Source: Amoebidium appalachense (Eukaryota > Protista > Ichthyosporea). Taken from it: 64,000 bases of DNA. The notes under the pieces were generated by a model. It saw only the letters and a program-made list of their open reading frames with translations. It made no database searches and was not told the origin of the DNA. The stretch is from assembly GCA_963693365.1 (NCBI GenBank), contig CAVNZM010000003.1, positions 5,018,472 to 5,082,471 on the forward strand, written 5' to 3'. Shown here one piece after another: positions 1 through 47,992 of the stretch (positions are counted from its first letter, which is position 1; each line of letters starts with the position of its first letter). Both the position numbers and the translations under genes were made by a program.

Positions 1-1665
1 GTGTGTGTGTTGTGCGTTCCACTGTGTGTGCATGTGTTTGTGTGTGTGTGTATAATCTCAAGGTATGTGTATAAGCCCCCACCCACCCACCCTTTCCCGC
101 CGCCCCGACTCTCATTCTATGTATCTGGGTGTTTATAATTCCTGCATGGCTCAGTACTGTCGGCACTTTCTGTGGTGTTTGAGGGTCCCGGCGGGGGGGA
201 GAGGGAGGGGGGGGGGGGGAGGGGGGGGGAGGGGGGGGGGAGGGTGGTGGGGGGAGGGGGAGGGGGGAGGGAAGGGGCCGGGGGGAGGGGGGGGGGGGGG
301 GGGTGGGTGGGTGGGGGGGGGACACCCGTAGGGTGTTACCTCTTTTGTTTTATTATTCTATTTTGGTTCGTGGAGGATAAATAAGCCTTTGGGTCCCAAT
401 AGTGTGTTATCACATTTTTTTAGTTTTATTTTTTATCCCGTCTCACCTCACATAGGCTACCGTCTTCCACGTATCCCAGCCTATACCGCTAGGCAGGATC
501 CGGATGGTATGCCTACATAAGAGTAATAATGCACCTATACAAGTTCCTACTTTGAAGTATACACTGACTAACATACACGCCAACCTAACTTAGTATATTA
601 TTAGTGGGGAGTGTGTTATTACACTAACCCGACATTTTCAAGTAGTGAGTACCTAATATGAAAGGCCTGGAATTATGAGTGTGCTACATACTCTTGCTTG
701 AACATTTGACATAGGGCCAAAAGATTATTACGCCTAGACCGGGACAGGATTCGGGAATCGGATAAAGTGAAATCTAATGAGCCGATCGGATCCGAAATTC
801 CACCGCCTTAACAACAATAGAGCAAGGTTGGATCCGCAATTCCCCTAAAAAGTTGAATTTTCACTATTTGGTCAGAGCACGTCCGGAAGCAGGGGGTGCA
901 AGAAAAGTGCTGACTTACGGCAAAAGTCCCTACTATTCTCGCCTGACTAGCAGAGTGTACACACTACAACTAACACGTACCTGGGCACACATGCATATGA
1001 ATGAGAGTATACGTGGGTGATCAGGCCACTAAACTAACAGACATAAACACGTGCAGAGTGGTGCTGGGCAATGCACGATGCCACCGCACTAACAGAGAGG
1101 GTAGTGTGGAGAGGTAGAAACACAGTTGCATGTCCTGTCAATCTATGTCTAATTTATTATGCTCGATTCTCACCTATTTATTTGCCGCAGGCAGATTCCA
1201 TGAATACAGATCTATCCAAAGGTATTTGCGCATCTGATTGGCAAATACTATGAATACTATAAATCTGACCAATCATATAACGACACGTACATGAACGGAA
1301 ATCAAACTGCATTCCCCTCGTACGGTTCAACCGCAGACAAAACACCCGACTACACAGAAAACATGAAAAGCATGCACAACAAATCGTCGGATGCGTGCTT
1401 TCCTCTCGCTATCGCCAATAGCTAAACAAACTATGAATACCACACGTGCCTAATGAATAACAGAGGGCAAACAAGAGCATGCCGGATGATGCTTATGAAA
1501 TAAAGGGAGATAAAGCACAAATAAACGATCGTACCTAACTATGTATGCTATGTGCTCGTGCAACCTGTGTAAACCAAAGATGTGCAACTAATGAAGAATC
1601 GTGCTGTGCACGTGCGTGCGAAATGCATATGCCAACTCGTGCACTATTGTTGTATATTCTGGCAA

Positions 1666-1696
<31 letters not shown>

Positions 1697-1737
1697 GGGA
1701 GGGAGGGAGGAAAGAACGAGGCGGAAGGTGTGTGTAT

Positions 1738-1768
<31 letters not shown>

Positions 1769-1835
1769 GGGGGGGGGGAGGGGACACACCTGCTCGGGCG
1801 AGGTGTTCGCCCTCCGCTATGAGTTGGAAAGAAAA

Positions 1836-2590
1836 ATATGTGGCGTGAACACATTCATAATGGTTGACTCAGTATGTGAAGTGAACACATTCATAATGGT
1901 TGACTCAGTATGTGAAGTGAATACATTCATAATGGTTGAAATATGCGGCGTGAATACATAATAATGGTTGAAGAATGTGGAGTGAATACATTCATGTGGT
2001 TCAAATATGTGAAGTGAATACTTTCACAATGGTTGATATATGGGGTGTGAATACATAATAATGGTTGAAATATGTGGAGTGAATACATTCATAAGTGGTT
2101 CAAATATGTAGAGTGAATACATTTACAATGATTGAAGTATGTGGAGTGAATACATCGATAATGGTTGAAATATGCGGAGTGAATAATTCATAATGGTTGA
2201 AGTATGTGGAGTGAATACATCGATAATGGTTGAAATATGCGAAGTGAATAATTCATAATGGTTGAAATATGTGGAGTGAATATATTCATAATAGTTGAAG
2301 TACGTGGAGTGAATACATTCATGAATGGTTGAAATATCCGGAGTGAATACATTCATAATGGTTGAAATATGTGGCGTGAATACCTTCATAATGGTTGAAA
2401 TATGCGGAGTGATTACATTCATAATGGTAGAAATATGTGGAGTGAATACATTCATCATGGTTGGAATATGTGGAGTGAATACATTCATAATAAATACATT
2501 CATAGTGGTTGAAATATGTGGAGTGGATACATTCGTAATGGTTGAAATATACGGTGAATACATTCATAATGGTTGAAATATATGGAGTTA
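1836..2590. repeat. 33-bp minisatellite, ~23 degenerate copies
   Basis: Consensus is approximately AATATGTGGAGTGAATACATTCATAATGGTTGA, repeated head-to-tail. Confidence 0.95.
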
Positions 2591-2955
2591 TATTTTTGGT
2601 TTTGAAGATACTGCATGCCTCTTTATGGTCTTATATCACGGCACGGGAATCCTGTCGGGACCGGCCGGGGGAAGGGGGGAGGGGGGAAGGGGAAAAGTAG
2701 CGGAGCTTTTTCCGTTTGTATGTGTGTGTGTGGGGGGGGGGGGGGGGGGGGGGGGAGGGGGGGGGAAGGAGGGGGGTGGAGGGAGGGGTGGAGGGGGGGA
2801 GGGGGAAAAAGGAGTGGGGAGGGAAGTGGTGGACTTTCCTTTAGTGGGACCACCACTCCCCCTCCGTCCCTTCCCCTTCCCCCCTCGTAAGCAGGTGGGA
2901 GGGTGGTGGTGTGGGGGGAGGGGGGAGGGGGAGGGGGGGGGGGGGGGGGAGGGAG

Positions 2956-2992
<37 letters not shown>

Positions 2993-3195
2993 CTAAAGTA
3001 GGATATTCCCCCCCTTCCCCCCACCACCCCACCCCACCCTTCCCTTCCCATCCCCCCCCTGAATCGCGGGGTTCGCCAAAACCTCAACGCAGACGACATC
3101 AACACCAACAGTCTACATCCCCCCCCCCCCCTCCCCCCCCCCCCCCCAAAAAAAAAAAAAAAAATCCAAACCCCTCACCCAGCCCTCAGCCACAA

Positions 3196-3226
<31 letters not shown>

Positions 3227-3783
3227 ACAAAAAAAAAAAAAAAGGAAAGAAAAAAAAACCCAACAACTCTCCTTTCCAGACCCCCCATTCAACCGCCCAA
3301 CCAAAACCCCTTCGTGCCCGACACCCACTCCACCCACACGCACCGGTTTGCAGTGCAGAGAAAGAATTTGTGCAGATCTGAGAAAAACGAAAACAGGGTG
3401 ATAGCACTGCACATGCCTTTGGGCCGTATGGGTCGTTTTCTTCTTTTCTGCAATAACCTTTTGCACTTCTCCAATAATGGCCATGCATAATTGTAATGTC
3501 CCTCCTATCTTCTTTATAGTATAATCCCCCCCGCCACCCCTCCCCCCCCCTTCCCCCACATACACACCCCCTCTCCCCCCCCCCCCCCCCCCCCCCCTCC
3601 CCCCTCCATCCCTTTAGAATTACCAGTCGCTTGCCTCCCCTTCTTGCGGCATCTCCGAGATTTGCTGCTCCCCCCCTCCCCCCTCCCCCTCCCCCCCCCC
3701 CTCCACCATCTCTCCCTCTTCCTGTTATTAAGAAGAAATAACTTGAAGAGGGAGAGGGGGGTAGGGAAAGGGGGGCAAGGGAG

Positions 3784-4427
<644 letters not shown>

Positions 4428-5269
4428 TCCCCCCCCCCCCCCCCCCCCCCCCCTCCCCCCCCCCTCCCACCCTACACCTTCCTCCAGGCTCTACCCCCCT
4501 CCTCCCCCTCCTCCTCCTCCCCCCCCCCCCCCCCCCCCCCCCGCCTCCCCCTCCTCTCAACCGACGGGAGAAATGGCATGGTAAAATTAAAGGACACGAG
4601 GCTATGGTCCCCGAAAAAATAGGGGTTAAGATAATCAGACCACAGTCCCTTAGTACCAGGTAGACGGATCTTTTTCGGTCACCCAGTGTACATATAATAA
4701 GTATCACTTTCACAATATATGGGGCAGTGACTTGGTGTAAGTCCGCCGATAAGATTAGGATGAGTCATGGTGATGTAGTAGACCTTCACTTGGTGAGCAC
4801 ATTCTTTTAGGTGGTATTAATTTAACTTGCGGAAACACCAATAAACACGGAATTCGAAACCATATGGCTATTTTACAGCATCATACACCTATAACACGCC
4901 AAAAACACCCACACTGATATTAATTAACTTTACCACATGTACACACATGCACACTACTGCAAAGATGCCACAAATTTAGTATCATCGTCGGCCAACCACT
5001 ACTGTTTGCACATGTACCACGCTTGGGCCTGAAAACCGGTCTGATGACATAAAAATTACGTAGTAACACTACAAGGCCACTGCAGCGCGTTGCATCACGT
5101 GGGAATTCCTAGCCACGGCACTAGTGAGCACATCCCATCTCCAGCCCTCCCTTCTCTTTTATCAGCACACAAAGTGACTCTTATTAGTGAGACCTAACCG
5201 TGGGACAAAAAGACACTGGGCCGCACAAAGTACGTGGTCTCCGTTTTCCGTTTGGACAGGCCCTCACGA

Positions 5270-5600
5270 CGGCGGCTGAATGGACCAATCGGAAAGATAT
5301 TTGAGCAGGGTAAAAGATCTGGGATTGCTTGACAGATACGAGGAAGAATTATGCAACGGAAGCAGCGCAAAGTCATTGTAACTCTAACTAAAATGCCGTT
5401 TTATATTTTTATATTTCATAGAGATCATTAAAAGCTACTCTGAGACCGTTTTGTTTGGCATTTGTACCTACTTCTCACCTTCCTTTAGATCACGAAAAAT
5501 TGAAGAATTCCTTCGCGAGTTCTACTTAACCAATCAGAGAGGATTATTTTGAGTTAACCAATCAGCACGAAGCTGAAGGGATATGATAACATGGCGCTGC
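5270..5600 (+). promoter_or_regulatory. Probable promoter of the giant gene, with CCAAT boxes
   Basis: The region is repeat-free, with GACCAATCG (~5283) and TTAACCAATCAG twice (~5526 and ~5554), 400-700 bp upstream of the ATG. Confidence 0.35.
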
Positions 5601-5959
5601 TTTTTGAAGATAGATTGACTTCAAACGAGTTCTCTTATGTCGAAATCAGTTCAGTCCGTTTCAGTTCACGTTTCTGGTTTATGTTTTCATTACAACCATT
5701 TTCAGAATCTATGAAACGGACAGTAATACAGTGCGTTAGGCATAGTTGAACTACTAAGCTAGGACGCAAACAGTAAAAGTAGTTTGAGTCTTTAGTTACG
5801 AAGTTGTTTGCAAGGACATACCAATAATCAACATATCGTTTGTTCGAGCCGTAGCGGTTGGGGCTTGGTTATAGTTTTCCCTTCGAACAAGTAATACACT
5901 ACACATGAGCAGTTTCTAAAGGCGAAAACATACACGGCTCAGGCCGACCGCTGCCTTTC

Positions 5960-39182
<33,223 letters not shown>

Positions 39183-39648
39183 GCCCTATTGAGCCCACCA
39201 CCCCCACCACCACCAGCTGTGAAAATTTGCATGGGGTTGAAATGGAGTGAGGAATGTGTACGCGAGCTGTATGTACGCGAGAATGATTCCAATGCACCAC
39301 GCGCGGTGGTTGTTTTGTTGGTTAATGCTTGAGAGAGATACTCAGTAAGAGATATGTTTGAGAGATATACCTGAGAGATATGAAGGACTAAATTTAATCA
39401 ACCGTTTATATAGTTGCTGATATAGCTGTGGGGTAGTTTGTAAACTACCCATGTTGAATAGTTAGGAGGTATTTTAATAGTATTGAGAGTTTTATTGAGG
39501 TAACATTGCATGCCTAAGTAACCGCTCTGCTTATGCACACCGTGATGAATGTGGATTTACACCATACAGATATCCGTAAATACGAAAATAGTGTTTGACA
39601 TAATACCGAGTTTTCGGATATCTGCTTGGGATTAACCCCATTTATTCT

Positions 39649-40046
39649 CTATACTCTACGGTTTTCGATATATCTCATATATGGTTGCTGCTCTGCCCCG
39701 TGGCCTAGAATGCCATGTGATTCAGACCCAATCAGAATGGTGCCCTTGCACCCACGTGTATATTTAGCAGGGTCGGAGCCAATCACATGCTTGGTCCCTG
39801 CTGGCCCTTTGTTGCCACCTGAGCACCGGATGCTCACCCCATGGAATAAAAATAAAAATGACGTGTGTTCAAATACAATACGATACTTGGCAGCCTGCAT
39901 ATAATACTTGAAATATGCTCGAGCTACCTGCTTGTGTTTGCGTGAAAACAATGTCGACTTTGGAAATCGGAATTCGAAACTTGCCTCCCCCCCCCCCCCC
40001 CCCCCCCCTCCCCATCCCCACCCCCCTTAGAATACGTTTCGAAAGT

Positions 40047-40081
<35 letters not shown>

Positions 40082-40917
40082 CCATCCCCCCCCCCCCCCC
40101 CCCCCCCCACAAAAAAAGGGTTCTTCCCACCAAAAGGGATATACAGAAATGAATATACGTGTAATGTGCGTGATTGACCTGGGTGATCGCGAAGATAGTC
40201 TCTGCCAATAGCTGCACCATTAATTCATGCACGATCACAATTGACTTATGCCATGCATTCAAGAGCACCAATAATTCCTGCACAATAAAGACTTGAATGG
40301 GGAAGACCCCATGCCCAGGACGCTGACCCGAACCGTGGCCGGTGACTCGGATTGGTCTCCCACTTGAACGTTGGGCTGGGATGCCCAAGCGGCGCGCCGT
40401 CGACGTCAGAGGGCCGGTGCTGTTCATGACGTCATGTCTTGCGGCCGGATGATAACAAATTGGTGGTGCTGCTTGACGTGGTCTGGGGTGATGGCTTCTA
40501 GGGGGCGGCCAGACCGGTGGACCGTCGAGGCAGAAAAATCGGAAGTAACCAGGATCGATCCTGCGACTTTGAGCTTGACACGCAGAGAATGATTGTCGGT
40601 AGTCCAGCCAACATGCAGCTAAATCAAAACTGTAAAAAAACCGGTTAGTCCCCCGTATCCTTTGCACCTACATATGCAAGTATAGTCCGTCCTAACGTTC
40701 TGCCATGTCTTTCTGAAAGGAGGTCCCGTGGGCCTGTTACCCCTTACTATGCAGAATAAAAAAGGTTATTGAAGTCATACTTCACATTTAAATTATATAT
40801 ATACATGTATTTACCTGGGGTGCTTTAGGTTCAGGTTCTGGTATTGATATTCATATTTTTGTCTCAGAGAACTTATGGAATCGTGGAAAATCATGTAGCC
40901 ATAGTACGTAACAGCCA
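39649..40917 (-). CDS. Candidate spliced gene of unknown function (3' three exons; 5' end unresolved)
   Basis: Exons 40917-40815, 40629-40179 and 39894-39649 have AG/GT ends and compatible phases, giving ~265 open codons ending in TAG. No domain was recognised. Confidence 0.4.
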
Positions 40918-40925
40918 CTATGGAG

Positions 40926-40980
<55 letters not shown>

Positions 40981-42319
40981 CTCCCCCAGAAGCAGATTGC
41001 TCCCCCTGGGTCACTATTTAAAGAAAAAGGAAGTTACAGCTGCTATAATTGCCACGTTGTTGAAGACAGCAACAACAGTTACTGTGTACAACTCTTATTC
41101 ATACCCCCTTTCGTTCTGAACGGCACGAAGACATGCACGGATGACGCCTTGAACTCTCCCGGTGATTAAACATTGGTGACCAGAGACACACGTGTACAAG
41201 CACTTGGTAATAGATAGCCCGCAATTTAAAAGAACACGCTAGATGCTAAAGAGAATGAAGCACATTCAAAATTGGGCCTAGGTCAGTGACACGAATGTAA
41301 ACCAAAACAGGTTGAGGTGGAGGCGACTGTGGGGTGGGGTGGGGGGAGGGGGGGGGGGGGGGGGGGGGGGGATATAAACATATTGCCCACGTGACGGCAT
41401 GAAACATGGAGTCTGGCAAAGCCCGAACAAGATAACCGTGACCCCCCAAAAAAACCAACACCCGAACAAACAAACGAAAAATAGGCAAGACAACCAAAGG
41501 AGAGGCTTTCCCTCCTCCCCCCCCCCCCCCCCCCCCCAACCCCCCTCCACCACCACCAGCAGAAAGCCAGAAAGGTCTATCTGTGATCCCCCTCCCGTCC
41601 CTCCCCCAAACAACCACCACCACCGGTCGCCCTTGAAAGTTAGAAGGGTTATTTGCCTCCTTCCCCCCCCCCCCCCCCCCCCCCCCCCCCTCTCCAACCA
41701 CCCTACCACAAACAAAAACACAAAAGGGGGGACGAAGGGTCTGACGGAAAAGCTTGAGGATAGGAAAGAGGCCCACCAGGAACAAAACCATGATGATCCA
41801 CTGTTGCATAAGCACAGCTCTTCCCCCCCCCTCCCCCCCCCCCCCCCCCCCCCCCTTTTCCACCTTCACCCCCCCCCCCCCTTTCCCACCACCTTCACCC
41901 CCTCCCCCCAACTCCCCCACCCCCCCCCTTCCCCCACACACACACACACACAAGCACCACCGCCGTTAACAGGCTAACAACAGTGCTGCCATTGGCACCC
42001 ACCCAAGCGAGAGCGCTGACACCCGACTCGCGTGACCCGAGTCCCTCTTGCATGCAGCCCACCGAAACCAAAAAACTACAAGCACATACTGTCACACACA
42101 TATACCCATAACCCACTAATGCAGAAGCGTGTGCATGAGCATGTAGTAAAGTGGCCAGCTTGGCCGTATGCATGCACGAAGAAACGAAGGCATGATAGGC
42201 CAGTACCGGCGGCTTAGCACGAACGTACTGATGTGTATGTAGACCAAGTAACCGGGATAACAAGGGTTGACACAAGCTTTACACAGCCACGGAGCGCACA
42301 CGCACAAGCACAAGCACAA

Positions 42320-42352
<33 letters not shown>

Positions 42353-43771
42353 AAGGCATAAGCACTCGCCTGTGAGCTCAGCGTCAGGAGGGCACTACAG
42401 CAAGCATACGCGTTAGGTTTCTTGCGCATCACACGGCCTGCCCCAGATGTACTTTGAGGCATGGCTACGCATTATACCTTGTCCAGCAGGCGAAATCAAA
42501 GATCCATCAAGGGCCTTTTTTAGCTACTGCCCCACGGTCACAATACATCAGGAGGACACTCCAAGCCACACACCAAAAAAAAAAACTTGCACGAATGTGT
42601 GGATGGCAGGTCATCACCAGAAGGTTGACAAAACTCACAACCAGCAACGCCGACTCGGAGGCCCGAACAAGGCCACACACGAAACTGAAAAAAAAACTTG
42701 GGCTTACACAATCAATGCGTGTGAAAAGGAGCAATCCATCTCCCTCATTCTCTCTCTTCTCTGTCTCTCTCTCTCTCTTTCTCTCTCTCTCCCACTCACT
42801 CTCTCTCTCTCACTCTCTCGAGAGAGCTCTCTCTCTTTGACTGAAAGCCTTGACGCACCACCTCTGTCCACAACGCGAGGAGTTTGCGTGGACCGGTGAT
42901 ACCGCCTACACCAATCAACAACAAATGAACCAAGGGATTTTTAACACATTGTGTTGACTGGTTATAAAGGAAGTTAAAAACACTAGAGCTGGCTGATTGG
43001 ATGTCGCTTGCGGCAAAGCCTTGGGGCGCTCAAAATTACTTTGGAAGCGGGGCAAACTTCCCAGAATCCCAGGCCCGGGCCGCCCGGCGAGTGGCCAGAC
43101 CAGTTGTGCAAAAAAAAGGAAGGGAGAAGAAAAAGCATTGAAAAAATAGTCCTGCAGCCGTTAAATAATTTATTTATCGTAAACAAAATATACAGGTAGA
43201 GGGCTATTGATAAAAAATAGCTAACAGACAGCATAGATAGCCGAGTCTTCAAGTCCGTAACACTGCCCCCGGCTGCGAAAGCATGTCACCTCAAACTTCC
43301 GGAAATGCTGGGGCCTGACAATTAACCAAAAAAACACTTTTAAACTGCCCTCGCATCCTTAAACTCTAAGATGATCATTTGTTGACTACTGATATCTGAT
43401 AACATACAGGAAGATTAAAACTATTATTTGTATATATAGAGCTCTTTGGATATTTAATTCTTTCAAGCAATTACACTAGCCTTATTAGTTATGAGAATTT
43501 GCTTCGTTCTGCTCTTTCCAAATTCGCCTTTTTTTAAAGGGGGAATCCACTTGGGCTCCAAAGCAATCTGTTTCATTGGCTAATAATCATCTGCTCAAAT
43601 TAACAGCCTCTCCAAACGGGGCGCCAAAGACCATATATGGAAGGTGTTCTGCACCAGGCAAACAGCCCCAGTCATCAAGTCGCCCACAAAAACGTTGGCT
43701 TCAGACCCAGGACCGCAGTTTAGTCAGTAACTTTTAAACTCATTGTCGTTCTTCATCTTTCTCCTTTCAAG

Positions 43772-45160
43772 ATGGTAAGTTTCAAGTTTTCTTCTCATTG
43801 TTTTTATATATTGCGTAGTTATTGGAGAGTGGCTTCAGCTACTCGAAGAAAGGGCTTGGCATAGTGGCAAGAGACCAGGCAATCTTACTGGGTGAATGCA
43901 TGTTGTGTGAAACACCGCGGAACAGAAAGTGAAGCTCTGTGTGCGTTTCAAAAAAGTAAACGGACATTTACACTACTTACGTCTATGAGTAGTATTGCAA
44001 GACTTGACAAGATGTATTCTGTCTACTGCTGGTGAAAGCAGTTTCACACGGGAGATGATTGTCCGTTCTCGAGAGGCTCAATTCAAGGCTCGGTGCTTAC
44101 TTGTACCCGAGCTAGGGGTAACATCAAACAAGCAAACTCTCAAGTCACGTAAAACAGCTACTGATTACACAGTTAATTTCCAGCGTTTACTAATTTTTTT
44201 CTGACGAATTGTGGGGTTTACTGACCGTATGCTGCCTCTGCAGTCTCTCTCCGACGATGAAATTCAGGCCAAGAGGGAGATCTTCATGATCTTCGACAAG
44301 CAGGGAGATGAGAAGATCGACATTGCAGACCTCGGGATGGTGTTGAGAGCCATGGATAAAAACCCCTTGGAGGCAGACGTAAGTTCACTTTTGTCATTGG
44401 TGCTGCTCATGGCTATAGCGCGCTAGACATCCCTGCTTCTTGCGACTGCTCCAGACCAAGCAGTTGGGTGGTTTGTCTTTGTTGAGGTTCTGGCTCGCCT
44501 GATCCGAATGTTATCTTTCCACGACCTAAACCCTTCTAGATATGGCTGTGATGGCTGGTGTGCTAATGTGTAATGTTCGCTCTCAGATCAAGAAGATTCA
44601 ACTGGAGCTTGATCCTGAGTGCAAGAAGAGAATCTCCTTCCAGGAGCTCCTGCCTTACCTGAGCCGCAACCTTACTGCACCGGGCACTACGGAGGAGTTC
44701 ATCGAGGGCCTTAGGGTAACAACCAACCCCCCTTAGCCCCCCCCCCCCCCCACCTCCCCCCTCCCCCCCCCCCCCCCCCGGGGGCAACACCTTTTCCCCC
44801 TGTTCCAAATGTTATGGCTTTGCTTATGAGGTATGCCTTGACCATTCCCTTTTTCTGCTTTCCTTGCTATGTCCTGCACCGCTGTAGTTCCTTGTTGAAA
44901 CATTCAAGCCCACTGGACCAGGTCATTATACCCTTTGTATCTAGTATGTGTCCATTTTCATTGAACGAGTTGTCTGATTGCAGGTGTTCGACAAAGAGTG
45001 CAACGGCTTCATGGCAGCTGCTGAGCTCCGGCACGTGTTGACCAGCTTGGGCGAGAAGCTTACAGATAAGCAGGTGGATACACTGTTGGCAGGTGTCGAG
45101 ACAGACAAGGATGGTAACATTAACTATGAGGAGTTTGTCCGAGTTGTCACTGGTGCATAA
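43772..45160 (+). CDS. Myosin essential (alkali) light chain, EF-hand protein, 147 aa
   Basis: Exons are 43772-43774 (ATG only, then GTAAGT), 44244-44378, 44587-44715 and 44984-45160. The protein carries [13 protein letters not shown]...[44 protein letters not shown] and [10 protein letters not shown], typical of the MYL6/Mlc-c/Cdc4 class. Confidence 0.92.
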
Positions 45161-46061
45161 AGGAGTTAGTTTACCGAAATATATGCAGTGACAGACTTAT
45201 TAAACACCTTAGACGTGACGAAGGCAGGTGGAAGTATGTCAGTAGTAGGCTTCCCTATCTCGTATCGATGTATCTGATGTCAGTACAAGGCGTCAATAAT
45301 GCTCACAAGGAATGAAAGACCTACGATCTTTGCAGTGTTTCACTGTCAGGGCCACTCCAAGGGTAGCCGAACAATTGCATTTGTAATGCTTATGCTTCAA
45401 TCCGTAACACGGAAGATGCTGTGGCTCTGTGCCTATGCATCGACCGTCATATTTATCTTACAATAATAAACCCCACCTGAGAGATTGATATCCGACAGCT
45501 GTGTGGCCGTACGACAGTGGTTAACATTCCAAACCAACCCCCCTCTTCACCCCATCCACCCACCCACCCCCGCGCACTACATACTTGCAGAGTATGCTGC
45601 TTCGCTCTGATAGATATCGGTGGCCGTCGAATGTAACTGCACCCTCGGAGCTCCCACCCATCCACCTCAAAATGCAAAAACAACACCACCCCAAAACCAC
45701 ACGTAAACAGAGAGGCAGAGCCCCATCGAGGCCCAAAATACACACACACATACACCCCACGCACAAACAGCCAGCACACCCCGACTGCAGGCACACCCAC
45801 AGGGATACACAGCCGTGCCGGCTATTAGATTACTACACCGTAGGCACCGTGGCACACCGCATTCGTAATAGCTACTACGGCATCCTGTTTAATTATGGAG
45901 CATGGCCCCACCACCAGACCCCACCATACACCCATACCCGCCGTAAACACCAACACCACCGCACTCTACATTCCACTACCGTAGATGAACCAACGAGAGC
46001 CCGTGTTTAAAGTTTATTCGCAGGTGTGAGTGGAGGGGAAGCCTGGTGCTACCCATCGGCG

Positions 46062-46222
46062 AGGCTGGGGCGAAAACCCAGGGCCAAGTGTGTGCAAATA
46101 GGTCGGATTGGTAATGGTGTGTTAGCTTAGCTAATGGCACCGGAGCACCCTAGCTAGAATACGACCTATAGTTGGTGCTGGGTGGAAGACGGTAGTTCCT
46201 GTGAGGGGCACTGGGGGCCCCT
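46062..46222 (+). repeat. Dispersed repeat family member, related to 16803-16955
   Basis: The same conserved blocks occur in the same order. Confidence 0.7.
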
Positions 46223-46375
46223 TCGTGAAACAAACGTGACAAAAAAAAAAGTAAGTAAATAAATTACTTGAAAATGTCGAAACTATCCCCCCCTCCCCTC
46301 CTCCTCCCGGGACCCGAAAAAAATAACAACTTTGATGATAAAAACACCCAATCCACCCACCCGGTAATATGATGG

Positions 46376-46565
46376 GCATTTAAATCGAATCCCTCTCGTA
46401 CGTATGCTGACACATTCACTCATTGCATTACTTCTCTCTAATGCCGTGGTATAATGTCGCTTTCCCATGTATTATTGGTGTTACTGCAGATGTACCCTTC
46501 TCCCCCTCACCCGACCAACCCCACCCCGGGGCCTCCCTTTTGACCCTGCCCTAGCTAGAAACACG

Positions 46566-46600
<35 letters not shown>

Positions 46601-46821
46601 CCCCCTCCCCCCTCCCCCCTTCCCACCCCACCCCACCCCCACCACCACCACCACCACAGACAAAAAAAAAAAAAAAAAAAAAAAAAAACGGGGCACATTT
46701 TGTGTGCGTGTTGGAGTTTGCATTGTGTTGCCGACTAGTCATGAATCACTGCACGTGTACACATGTGCTTCGCCTCTGTGTATAACACATCCCTCCCCCT
46801 CCCCCCCCCCCCCCCCCCCCT

Positions 46822-46852
<31 letters not shown>

Positions 46853-47493
46853 CTTCCCTCCCTCCCAGGCTCCTCACACATACCTCAGCCAAAGGCTTGT
46901 ATTTGCCAGGAGCCATTCAGTTTATACCAAGGGTAACGGTACTTGGGATGTGATTGGCTGGGATGGCCCAGTTTAATGCACACCGATATAATATCACGTG
47001 TTTCATGCTCTGGTGTGATCACGTGACAGCTATGAATAGGCATTTAAATCGAATCCTCTCGTACGTATAATGACACATACACTCAGTGCATTACTTCTAA
47101 TGGGTGGTATAATGTCGCTTTCCCATAAATTATTGGTGTCACTGCACATGTACCCTTCTCCCCCTCACCCGGCCACCCCCACCCCGGGGCCTCCCTTTTG
47201 GCCCTGCCCTAGCTAGAACACGACCCCCCCCCCCCCCCCCCCCCCCAAGCCCCACGTCACTCAAAGTCTATTTTGAATAATGAGAAGTTTCCTAGATTCC
47301 CGCTAGAAGCTGTCTGAGCTCACATTGTTCTTTTCTTTATAGTGGCACCCCACCACCACCACCACCACTACAAAAAAAAAAGAAAAAAAAAAAAAAAAGA
47401 GGGCACATTTTGTGTGCGTGTTGGAGTTTGCATTGTGTTGCCAGTCATGAATCACTGCACGTGTACACATGTGCTTCGCCTCCGTGTAACGCA

Positions 47494-47547
<54 letters not shown>

Positions 47548-47716
47548 CAGGCTCCTCACGCATACCCCAGCCAAAGGCTTGTATTTGCCAGGAGCCAGTT
47601 TATACCAAGGGTAACGGTATTTGGAATGTGATTGGCTGGGACAGCCCAGTTTTATGCACACCGATGTAATATCACGTGTTTCATTCTCAGGTGCGATCAT
47701 GTGACAGCTATGAATA
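46376..47716. repeat. Intergenic direct tandem duplication, ~660-bp unit x2
   Basis: ggcatttaaatcgaatc...gtgacagctatgaata occurs at 46376-47038 and 47039-47716. The second copy has extra sequence at ~47246-47345. Confidence 0.9.
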
Positions 47717-47909
47717 CTGCTATGTGCCAGCACAGCCGGGAATGTTGATTTAAGGGTGGGGGGAGGGTATAACATACATGATCTATACTATTAATAAAAA
47801 AATTACTGATGTTGTTCTCTGCGTAAGAATACGGAGTTGTAACGATTATGTTGGTGCGGCTTTAATTTAACACCCAGGCATACATATTTTATGTGAGCTT
47901 GAAGTTCAT

Positions 47910-47992
<83 letters not shown>

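Noticed and set aside
1836-2590. Possible CRISPR array (~33-bp periodicity)
   Set aside because: The units are contiguous and degenerate with no unique spacers, the context is eukaryotic, and there are no cas genes.
43772-43780. ATG-only first coding exon of the light chain as a novelty
   Set aside because: An intron directly after the start codon is a known ancestral feature of calmodulin and myosin light chain genes.
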